DNA of 63,616 nt, the filler included. It is 9 parts of 9 records of this genome, joined end to end, with 100 filler letters (N's around TTAATTAATTAA, not from the genome) between each part and the next. Parts side by side here need not be neighbours in the genome. Positions count along the whole stretch, not along the records: positions 27,314 to 34,268 come from SRR31147125_38500; positions 34,369 to 44,066 come from SRR31147125_38539; 7 more parts are not named here. One strand, given 5' to 3'. A program made the position numbers and the translations under genes. Positions 31,701-41,110 of the stretch are shown here, piece by piece. The notes under the pieces were generated by a model. That model did no database searches and had not been told where the DNA came from. It was given only the letters and a program-made list of their open reading frames with translations. Positions within the stretch are counted from its first letter, which is position 1. Each line of letters begins with the position of its first letter.

Positions 31701-34268
31701 TGGCTTAAAAGGAAGCCTCGACTTCTCCATTCTCAGAGCTGACTTCAACGGCTGGGCGGAATGGATTGATGGTCAGGTTGGCTGCCCACTTTGCTCAATG
31801 GGCGTGGATGGTCAAGCACAACTAATCTACGGAGATATCAGCTTGACTATTCCTCTGATAAAACTTCCAATCAGTGCAAAAGGATCGTTGCTGAAACTCT
31901 ACGGTGGGGTTGCCTGGAAGTGGGATTGGCCACAAGGCAACAAGTATCCACTGGCATTAACTCTTGAAGGTGTTACAGAAACCACAATGCCTGGCATTCC
32001 TGGCTTTGAATTATTCAAGGGTAAAAATTCAACAACTTTCAGTCTTAATACAACACCCTTTAAAATTGAAGCAATTTCCGGCGGTATCGTTCAGGCGATG
32101 ATTCCAGAGGCTGTTGGAAAAATTTTCCCTGGTTTAGGCGGCAAAGTACTAAGTAGCGCAAAATCTTATGGGAAAATCAAAATTGACGGTCAGGACAATG
32201 AATTCCTCGTGGTTGGTGGAAAAACAGTCCTGTTTGGAAAGCTTGATCTTGTCATGAAACTTCTAATCAACAAGGATGGAGTTGACTTCGAGTTTGTAGG
32301 TCTTGAAGACATTCCAACCCATGATGTCAATATAAACGCTCTTGTCAAAGGACGCTTGAGAGGAAAGCTCGCTGCTGTCGATCCTGAAACAGGTGAACAT
32401 ATCTTCCAGCTTCTAGGCAACGAAGATTCTATAGCTGTTTTCATAGGATGGGAAAACGAACAATCAGGATTTAAACTTGTAGATCCCGATGGAGCAGAGA
32501 TTTTTCCGGGTGAGAAAGTTGAGGATCTTCAAATTTCTATCGTAAACTGGACTGATGGCAAAGGTGCTTTTGCAGTAATTGGCCGACCTAAAGCCGGTAT
32601 TTACAAAATAGTACCTGATGATCCTCAAAACAGTCAGCTTCAAGTTGCTGTCAAGCTAGTAACCAAATCCGCAATGCTTAATGAAGTTACAAAACTTTCT
32701 GCAAGCGGTGGATCTGAAGGTGCTGTCGATCTCGAATGGGAGCTTAGCGATCTTGGTAAATCAATAGCTGAAGACAAACAAGCGACCCTTCATGTCTTCC
32801 TCGATACCGATAATCAGGGTGAGGATGGAACTTTGATAGGCAGTCTAAACGCCAAAGATGGTTCAGGAAACCTGACTCTCAAGGGATTCAGACCAGGTAA
32901 ATACTACTTCTACTCCCTGATGGTTACCGGCGAAGGCTTGCCAAGTGCAACGTATTCCAAAGATCCGCTGTCAGTCAGCTTCAGTGGCAGACCGGATAAG
33001 GTAGAAGATCTGGAAGTTGAAACCGCTGATAATGACACGGTTGATCTTCAATGGTCTTCGATTGGAGGAGTTAGCGGATATAGAGTTTATCTATCGGATT
33101 CAGCAGAGAAATCGATCAACACCAAACAGGTACCGATAATTCTCTATGGTAGCGACATAACCAAGTACAATTTCACAAAACTTGTACCTGGTGGAAAGTA
33201 TCTGGTTGCAGTAAGCGCATTTAACTCTCAGGGTGAAGGAGAATTGTCTGATGTAAAAGACTTTACTTATCTTGCATCAAACACAAACAACAATCCTTCC
33301 TTCGACTACGCCAAGAATCAGCTACCACTTGCGATTCCGGCCAAAAAACAGTTTAGCGCGCAACTAAAAGCAACAGATCCGGATCAGGATGAGGAAATCA
33401 GGTTCCAGATTGCAGAAGGACCTGACGCTATGTCAATAGAATCAAACACTGGAATAATCAACTGGACACCTAAATCAACAGACATCGGCCATCATAAGAT
33501 TGCATTCAGAGTCGTCGATGAAAGAGGTGGTTCCGATTATTACCAGTGGGAATTTGCCGTTACAAACGAATGGGCGTCTGACCAAGTAACTCTGGAAGAC
33601 CCAAATAAGCAGGAGGTAGACGTGGATATTTCCAAAGATGAAGGATGTAATTGTAATACAAGCCAGACAAACGGTTCAGTGGCATTTATGCTAATGTTAC
33701 TCGGTTTGTTGGGAGCTTTGCGCTACCGAAAGGTAAGACAAGCATTTAATCAAATGAAAAACACTTCATTAATTGGCATCTGTATTGTTCTTTCTTCGGC
33801 TTTCATTTTCGCTTCATGTGAAAGCAGTGGAGATGATTGCACTGTGGATACAGATTGTTCATCAGGACAAACCTGTGTTGATGGATCATGCTATGCCAGT
33901 TGTAAATCAAACAAGGATTGCGAAACAACAACTCCCGCATCTCGCCCCTATTCTCTCGGCTTTTACAAAGCGGAAGACGGCAGCACAGATGGAGACGATG
34001 GTCAAACAACCGAGGACGAAAAAGCAGCACCCGAAACAGAAGATGGTGATACTGCCGAAGCTGTTGACCCGGAAAAACTTGTTTGTCATCCGGCTTATCA
34101 GGCATGTAAACCGAAATGCGCCACAGATGAAGATTGCCCGAATGCCAAGTGTGATAGCGGATACTGCCTTGGAGAAAATCAGGTTCTTGATGGTGATATA
34201 GAAATCACGGAAAAAGAACAGGATGTTCCTCCAGCAGAATGCAATGAAGGTGACCGAAAGTGTGAAAA
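28780..34268 (+). CDS. Giant surface protein: signal peptide, vWA, Ig-like, beta-rich core, FN3, cadherin/He_PIG-like, MYXO-CTERM-like anchor, second lipoprotein signal, Cys-rich repeats; 3' truncated
   Basis: GAGGAG RBS and GTG start; MIDAS DISGSM...T...TDG; LQWS...GYRVY...YLVAVSAFN..GEG; LKATDPD...GIINWTP; GCNC-TM-RYRK; FASC; CxxDxDC repeats. Confidence 0.88.
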
Positions 34269-34368
34269 NNNNNNNNNNNNNNNNNNNNNNNNNNNNNNNN
34301 NNNNNNNNNNNNTTAATTAATTAANNNNNNNNNNNNNNNNNNNNNNNNNNNNNNNNNNNNNNNNNNNN
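34269..34368. other. Artificial contig spacer
   Basis: N44-TTAATTAATTAA-N44. Confidence 0.99.
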
Positions 34369-34405
34369 GACTCCAATATTTCCAGCCGGGGTTTTAATTT
34401 TTTAA

Positions 34406-36274
34406 TTATGCAGGCTTCTGACTAGCCATGCTTTCCATAGCGTCCTGAACTGCATATTTAATCTCGGATATACGCTCACGGTCGCTGCCTGTTTCAGCAG
34501 GATACTCGGGCTGACCTATCTTCATCGTTACCAGCGGCTTTTTGTGCCACATAGACACCGGCCACTTTGCTTCACGGAACGTGAACACCATCGGCACAAC
34601 AGGAACGTTTGACTTCACGGCAAGGTGAAAAGCTCCATTCTTGAAAGGACGTATATTGTCGTTCCACGGCCAGAGCGAAGCTTCGGGATAGAAATGAACT
34701 ATCCTTCCTTTCTTAAGCTCTTTTCGCATAGACTCCATAAAAGCATGCAGTGCCTTTGGCGACTCCGGAATCGGCACACCGCCAAGAAGCCTAACAAGCC
34801 TTCTTACAACAGGTATCTCGAAGTTTGATTTAAGCGTTGCAAAAAACGGCTTTCTTGGGAAAAGGGTGCACGCAACCATAGGCGAATCCAGAAAATGTAC
34901 ATGATTGGTTACCGTAACAGCGCCACCTTTTAAAAACCTCAGGTTCTTCTTTCCTCTTATTCTCAGACCGAAAAACAGATTTGAAACGATACTCAAAAGA
35001 GGAATAGCAATCACGTAAAACAGCAATGATGACCCTAGTCTAAAGAAAATATTCCTGTTGACAAAACGGTAGTTCTTGTCGACTTTGTAGTTGAACGGAG
35101 TGGGCATATGCACGATGTGTCTGTTTGGATCGTTAGCATCAGCTTCCCTGCGCTTCTGTTTTGCTATCACATTGCTGTAAACTTCCTCAATGCTGTCTAC
35201 CGATTTGTCAAGCGAATAGCCTTTAGCGCTTTCTATATACGCCTGCTTCATCTGCTCTTTTTCCTGCGGATGTTCTATCCAGTAGTCTATCTTTTTGGCA
35301 AGATCGTTATAGTCTTTGTTTTTAAACAAACTGCGCTCATCTAGAGCAAACTGTTTTGCTGCGCTCATTTTTGCATTTGCGATAACGGGAACGCATCCGC
35401 ATGCTATAGCTTCTATGCACACTATAGCTTCGATTTCTGCCTCAGCAGCATGGACGTACAAGTCGCACTGGTTATACAGCTTTGTTAATTGCTCTTTGTC
35501 TACATAGTCGAATATCGGCTTGTTCTTAACCTTCCTTCCAAGCCTTTCGTAATACTTTTGTTTTGGCCCTTTGCCTAGGAAAACGAGCTGTATCTTATCG
35601 CTGTATTTAGAGCGCATCGCTGCTTTAATTATAAGATCCTGCCTCTTTTCGGCAGCCAGCCGCCCTACCATCATTATTACAAACTTATCTTTATGCTCTC
35701 TTGGCTTTTCAATATCCATGGGTCTGAAAGCTTTATCTACTCCGTTTGATATAACATGCAGCTTTGAATTATAGTTGTGTTGCTTGAGCTGGTCCGCAAT
35801 AAACTTTGACGGGCAGTGTATATCTTCGATATGTCGGTAAAAACGCCGTTTAAACCAGAAGTACAGCATGTTTGTCAGCGGCTTTAGATACTTCATGCCT
35901 ATGTTGTAAGATATGTTTTCCGGCTGGCAGTGGAATGCAGCCATATAAGGTACGTTCATTTCTTTTGCTATCTGCCTTGTCCTCATACACAGCTTGTACG
36001 GAAGATAAAGATGGGCTATGTCTGCTCCTTCAAGCGCTTTTCGAATAACATCGTCGTCCGGCTTAGCAAACACCATGCCCTGTGCTGACACAAGCGGATC
36101 GAATATCCAAAGACTTCCGCTTGGTACAACAAACTTGTCCGGTGCTTCCTCCCCGGTAGACACTATTACAACTTGGTGTCCTCTCTCTCTTAAGGTATCA
36201 GCAAAACGGACAGCAGAAATAGTAGTACCATTGTTCTTGCTGTCGTACTGATCCAGTACCAGAGCTATTTTCAT
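34406..36274 (-). CDS. GT4 glycosyltransferase fused to a PlsC/LPLAT-family acyltransferase
   Basis: NGTTIS, VISNGVD, VGRLAAEKRQD, EIEAIVCIEA (E-X7-E); C-terminal NHVHFLD, FYPEA, PFKNGAF...VPVVP. Confidence 0.9.
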   Translation of the reverse strand: MKIALVLDQYDSKNNGTTISAVRFADTLRERGHQVVIVSTGEEAPDKFVVPSGSLWIFDPLVSAQGMVFAKPDDDVIRKALEGADIAHLYLPYKLCMRTRQIAKEMNVPYMAAFHCQPENISYNIGMKYLKPLTNMLYFWFKRRFYRHIEDIHCPSKFIADQLKQHNYNSKLHVISNGVDKAFRPMDIEKPREHKDKFVIMMVGRLAAEKRQDLIIKAAMRSKYSDKIQLVFLGKGPKQKYYERLGRKVKNKPIFDYVDKEQLTKLYNQCDLYVHAAEAEIEAIVCIEAIACGCVPVIANAKMSAAKQFALDERSLFKNKDYNDLAKKIDYWIEHPQEKEQMKQAYIESAKGYSLDKSVDSIEEVYSNVIAKQKRREADANDPNRHIVHMPTPFNYKVDKNYRFVNRNIFFRLGSSLLFYVIAIPLLSIVSNLFFGLRIRGKKNLRFLKGGAVTVTNHVHFLDSPMVACTLFPRKPFFATLKSNFEIPVVRRLVRLLGGVPIPESPKALHAFMESMRKELKKGRIVHFYPEASLWPWNDNIRPFKNGAFHLAVKSNVPVVPMVFTFREAKWPVSMWHKKPLVTMKIGQPEYPAETGSDRERISEIKYAVQDAMESMASQKPA

Positions 36275-36527
36275 TTTTAAGATTAATAAAGGCGGTTAAA
36301 AAAAATTATTATATGATAGCGGTAAGCCTTTATTAAAAGCCTCCTTTCATATTATATTAAATATATATATTACAGTACCTAAAATATACACCTTTCGGCA
36401 GATAAAATCAAATTTAGGGAGGTTGTAATCATTGCCGTGAAACTATGTCGGCTTCCATCAAAATGCGGCAATTATAAGACAGCCCAAATACGCTTTAGGC
36501 TGCTTTATAATTAACAACACTTTTTTA

Positions 36528-36788
36528 TTAGTTGTTCTCCTGCTTCTCCGCTTTCTTTATAAGCGACTTTTCAAGACGTTTCATCTTCATATTTTTGAAG
36601 GACATTCTGATTTTCTTCCAGAATACACCCACAGCTACACCGCCGGCAATTACCACACCGGCAACAATCTGCACAATATAGGAAGTAGCCGCCGGATCGA
36701 TATAAGCAAACGCCGTTGAAGAAAGTGCAAGCATCGTCAGCAGCACATATGCTGTAAAAATACCCGTGTTACGTAAAAATCTTTTCAT
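36528..36788 (-). CDS. Small membrane protein: signal peptide, YIDP, one TM, basic tail
   Basis: GGAGGG RBS; AFA cleavage site followed by YIDPAATSY, hydrophobic helix, WKKIR. Starts 14 nt after the reductase stop. Confidence 0.8.
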   Translation of the reverse strand: MKRFLRNTGIFTAYVLLTMLALSSTAFAYIDPAATSYIVQIVAGVVIAGGVAVGVFWKKIRMSFKNMKMKRLEKSLIKKAEKQENN

Positions 36789-36802
36789 CTTGTTCCCTCC
36801 GT

Positions 36803-37939
36803 CTATAATATATTGATCAATATTTTTTTAACTTCGCTCTTCTCCAGCATGACTGGATTGTTGTCCATTCTGCCGAGTGTAAAAGCGCCGTTTGTAATAC
36901 TTTCTAAATCGGCTTCCTTTATATCAAAAGCTGAAAGTCTAAGCTCTTGTATGTCTTTCGAAACGTCGAACAGCCATTTTTCAAATCCATTGATTCCGCC
37001 AAAAATATTTGTTATTTGAGATAGCTCAGGTACGACCTTTTGATTTATTCGCATCATGGACGATAGCGTAAGCGCCGCGGCAAACCCATGTTCAACATCG
37101 TGGTTCATGGTCAGCGGATACGAGATGCTGTGGCATGCGGTAGTTTTCGTCATAGAAAACGAAAGTCCTGCAAGCAATGACCCAAGACACATCTCTTCTC
37201 TTGCTTTTATGTCGCTTAGGTTTCCAAGTGCAGCAGGCAGTGCGCGCTTTATACGCTCTATAGAATCCTTTGCGAGCGCCTGTGAAAGCGGATTACGCTG
37301 CTTTGCCCAAAAGCCTTCCATAGCATGGCTGAGAGCGTCTAGTCCGGTGGCAAGCGTCAACCGTTTCGGCATGCTCAGTGTCAGCTCTGGCACGATGAGT
37401 GCATGTTTTGGATAGCATTTTGGATGTTCAACAGAAAGCTTTTTCTTGTTCTCGAAGTCCCATACCGTCGCCCATCTTGTTACTTCAGAGCCTGTGCCTG
37501 CAGTAGTCGGTACAGCAATTATATCTGACAGGAAATCTCCTTTGAAAAATGACTTCTCGCTGATAGCTTCCACAACTTGTTCATAGCTTACATCGTGCGT
37601 TTCGGCAATCCCCTGCAATGCACTAATAGCCTTTGCAAGGTCTATACTGCTGCCCCCGCCTATTGCGAGAATGAATTCGTATTTATCTTCGCTGCGAAGC
37701 ACGTTTATCTGCCTTTGTACATCATCAACTGACGGGTTTGGATTTACATCGCTTATAAGTCTATTTTGATTGCTGCTTATAAACCTGTCTATACTCACAC
37801 ATTCTTTCAGCCTCTTTAAAGCGCCTTCGCTTGCAACCACTAACGTTCGCTTGTCAGTAAGAGACGAAAACAAATCCTCCATTGTTTGCATAGAGCCAAA
37901 GCGTATATCAACTGGTGAAAACGGCTGGTATTGCATCAT
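36803..37939 (-). CDS. Iron-containing alcohol dehydrogenase, probable phosphonoacetaldehyde reductase (PhpC-like)
   Basis: GGGSSIDLAK, PTTAGTGSEVT, DALSHAME, HSISYP...HG; directly downstream of pepM. Confidence 0.85.
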   Translation of the reverse strand: MMQYQPFSPVDIRFGSMQTMEDLFSSLTDKRTLVVASEGALKRLKECVSIDRFISSNQNRLISDVNPNPSVDDVQRQINVLRSEDKYEFILAIGGGSSIDLAKAISALQGIAETHDVSYEQVVEAISEKSFFKGDFLSDIIAVPTTAGTGSEVTRWATVWDFENKKKLSVEHPKCYPKHALIVPELTLSMPKRLTLATGLDALSHAMEGFWAKQRNPLSQALAKDSIERIKRALPAALGNLSDIKAREEMCLGSLLAGLSFSMTKTTACHSISYPLTMNHDVEHGFAAALTLSSMMRINQKVVPELSQITNIFGGINGFEKWLFDVSKDIQELRLSAFDIKEADLESITNGAFTLGRMDNNPVMLEKSEVKKILINIL

Positions 37940-37948
37940 TAATTCTCC

Positions 37949-39241
37949 CTATTTGTCCGGTATCAGTGTCAATATCTGCTTGATCGGCATACAATTATCG
38001 CTGACTTCAAGCGACCTTCCGTTTGCAAGTATCTGCTCTGCCGTTCTCTGCATAGCCGGAAACATACTTCTTATAAGGTGATTGGCGTGTATTACTATGT
38101 TAACTCCGTGCTCAGCAAGCTCGCTTTCGGTAATGCAGTTATAAGTAGTCGGAACAACAACTATAGGAACACCCTTGTTGTTCTCCCTGAACCGTTTGCA
38201 GAACTCCAAGACTTCATCCGGCTTTTTACTGCGTGAGTGTATCATTATGCCGTCTGCACCTGCTTGTACATACGCTGTACAACGGCTTAGAGCATCATCA
38301 ATGCCTTTTTCGAGTATCAAACTCTCACAGCGTGCGATTATCATAAAGTCTTTTGTCTTCAGAGCGTTCTTACCGGCCTTTATTTTTTCGCAGAACTCTT
38401 CTATCCCCGCCTGTGTCTGGTTTACTTCAGTTCCGAACAGCGAGTTCTTCTTTAGTCCGTTCTTGTCTTCAATGATTATTGCTGAAACACCCATTCTCTC
38501 AAGTGTCCGAATATTAAATACAAAGTGTTCAACGAGTCCACCTGTGTCTCCGTCAAGTATTATAGGCTTAGTCGTAACGTCCATTATCTCTTCTATCGTG
38601 TGTATTCTTGACGTCATGTCTACTAGCTCTATATCCGGCTTACCCTTTACTGTGGAATCACAAAGACTAGATACCCACATAGCGTCAAACTCTTTAGTGC
38701 CTTTTGGAGTCTCAATCTTGGTCTTTTCGGCAATCAAGCCGCTAAGACCGCTGTGCGCTTCAATAACAGACAAACATGGCTTCATGGCAAGCAGTTTTTT
38801 TAATCTGCTGCGCCTGTTTTCCGGCATTGCAAGAACTTTATCAAGTCTTGTCATTATTGCTTCAGTTGGTGTCTGAGTATAAGGGAATTCTATTAGCTCT
38901 CCGTTCCACTGTTTCAGCTGTTCGATTATATTCTCACGTATCTCTGCCTGATAACCAGTCCTCCAGTTATCGCCGTGAACAACGATATCGGGCTTTAGCT
39001 CATCAAGTATATCGTAGTACTCCAAAGAATCCTGAACTACAACGTTCGAAACGCTGCTTATGCTGCTGAACATTTCAATTCGTTCCTGAAGAGGTATCAG
39101 AGGATATCGCTTATACGTTGCAATTACTTCATCTGTCAGTACACCCACAGTCAGTTCGCCAAGCTGCGCCGCTCTCTTTAAGATATTTAAATGTCCGCAG
39201 TGAATAATGTCCGTGCTGAAACACGCATATACACGTTTCAT
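37949..39241 (-). CDS. pepM: Phosphoenolpyruvate mutase with N-terminal cytidylyltransferase domain
   Basis: HCGH (HxGH) and VVHGDNW in the N-domain; DGDTGG and the EDKNGLKKNS PepM signature. Confidence 0.96.
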   Translation of the reverse strand: MKRVYACFSTDIIHCGHLNILKRAAQLGELTVGVLTDEVIATYKRYPLIPLQERIEMFSSISSVSNVVVQDSLEYYDILDELKPDIVVHGDNWRTGYQAEIRENIIEQLKQWNGELIEFPYTQTPTEAIMTRLDKVLAMPENRRSRLKKLLAMKPCLSVIEAHSGLSGLIAEKTKIETPKGTKEFDAMWVSSLCDSTVKGKPDIELVDMTSRIHTIEEIMDVTTKPIILDGDTGGLVEHFVFNIRTLERMGVSAIIIEDKNGLKKNSLFGTEVNQTQAGIEEFCEKIKAGKNALKTKDFMIIARCESLILEKGIDDALSRCTAYVQAGADGIMIHSRSKKPDEVLEFCKRFRENNKGVPIVVVPTTYNCITESELAEHGVNIVIHANHLIRSMFPAMQRTAEQILANGRSLEVSDNCMPIKQILTLIPDK

Positions 39242-39974
39242 ATTGATATCCTTTCTGATTCGACCAAATTCTTAAATCTGCTGGAAATCTCGGTCAAATC
39301 ATTTTCGTTATCTATTTCATTACAAAGCCTTTTCTTTAGTTCCATTGCTGTAATTAAAACCTTGTCTGTTATGTTGTTAAGTGCATTTTCAGCATAAACA
39401 TTTCGCTGTCCGCTGCTGCAAAGTCCGCTATTTCACCAAGCCACATAACCATATCTTCTTTGCATATATGATAAATTGGCTGGCAAGCAACACAGTCTTT
39501 TCCAAAATAATCTATGCCGACTTTTATTACTCTGTTTCCATTAAGCTTTGCCTTAAAATCTTTCTCGGGAAGCAGCAAACTCGAATCTATTGCAACGCAG
39601 CTTTCGTAGCTGTTTAGTAAGTCCCTGGCTACTGATGGTTCAAAAACTAAATCTCCGTGAAGCAAAAGTATATCGTCTTGCAGATAATCCTTAGCACATT
39701 CAATCGAATATATATAGTTCGTGCCGGCATAATCCGGATTAGCAACAAACTTAATGTCCATATCCATTTTCAAAGACTCAACGTATTCCTCCAGCTCATC
39801 TGCAAACGGACCAGTTGTTATCACAACTTCATTTATGCCTACTTTTTTAAGTACAAAAAGCTGCCAGCTTATTATAGTAAATCCAGCGCCGATTTCCGTC
39901 ATGCATTTTGGCTTATCTTTCGTAATGTATCCCATGCGTTTGCCTATGCCGGAGTTTAATATCAGTGCCTTCAT
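39238..39974 (-). CDS. LicC/PntC-like phosphonate/phosphocholine cytidylyltransferase, frameshifted at 39420-39422
   Basis: LILNSGIGKRM....PKC, NPDY..TNYIYS, LHGDLVF. Adding one T restores YAENALN...EIDNENDL and an ATGA overlap with pepM. Confidence 0.85.
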
Positions 39975-39976
39975 CG

Positions 39977-41109
39977 CTAATTCCTCTCGCTTAAGTATGC
40001 CATCAAAGCCTGTTTGTTCTCTTTAGGAGTAGTTGTGGGTCTTCCAAGGTCTTTCCTTGACCCCAGCGCTGCCTTTACCTCTATTAGCGCTGTTCCTGCC
40101 TTGGCTTTAGCTTCGTTTAAACATTGCTGCAAGCTTTCTTCGTCAGAAACCTGTCTGCAATAATCATACCCAAAGGTTTTCGCTATTGCGCTGTAGTCAG
40201 CCTTGCCCATAACAACAGGCATACCCCCCACCGACTCGTGTGCTTCATTGTTGAGCACGATGTGAATGAGATTACTGCATTTCTGCTGAGCTTCAACCAG
40301 TGCACTTCCAAGGTGCATCACCATTGCGCCGTCACCGTCAATACACCATACTCGAGTATTAGGTTTTTCAAGTGCTATTCCAAGTGCAATCATTGAAGAA
40401 TGCCCCATAGAACCGACTGTAAGAAAGTCGTGCGCATGACCTTTACCCTGGGCCTCACGTATCTCGAACAGCTCTCTCGATGCCTTGCCAGTTGTAGAGA
40501 CGAATACATCCTCTTCATCTGCATTCTCGGCTATAGTACGTATTGCGATTTCTCGGGTCATCGTATTCCCATTTTTATAATTGGCTTTATCATCAGCGCT
40601 TAGTGCGCCCTTTCTTATAACAAAAGCATAACTTTTGCCCAGTCTTGCGAGCTCAGAAGCTTTTTTAGAGACTCTTCTAGCTCTTCAACCTCCGTCTCCT
40701 TTGACACAACACAATATTCAATATTCATCATGTCAAGAATAGGAAGCGTAATTTCTCCCTGAAATACGTGCTGAGGCTCGTCTTTAATGCCCGGCTCTCC
40801 CCTCCATCCGATTACGAATATGCATGGTATGGCGTATACATCGCCGCTTAGAAGCGATGCTATGGGGTTGACGGCATTGCCTATTCCGCTGTTTTGCATA
40901 TATACCAATGCAGGTTTACCCGTTGCAAGGTAATGACCTGCCGCAAGGCCAACTGCTCCGCCTTCGTTGGCAGCCACGATATGCTCTCTGTCTACTCCGT
41001 ATTCAGCATACAGAAGGTTACATAGCGCCCCCAGCTGGGAGTCAGGAACGCCAAAGTACCGGCTGACGCCTATGCTTTGTATCCCGTTCAAGAAAGCTTT
41101 AACATCCAT
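39977..41109 (-). CDS. ppd: Phosphonopyruvate decarboxylase, one gene split by a frameshift at T6 run 40661-40666
   Basis: GVPDSQL, AANEG.AVGLAAG, YMQNSGIGNAVNP, DEPQH; then STTGKASRELF, VGSMGH, DGDG...NN..H.SVGG. Adding one A reads LKKASELARLGKSYAFVIRKGAL...MTRE. Confidence 0.93.
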
Positions 41110-41110
41110 A

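Noticed and set aside
39977-41109. Natural split alpha/beta phosphonopyruvate decarboxylase
   Set aside because: One added base in an A6 run gives a continuous ORF with a normal linker.
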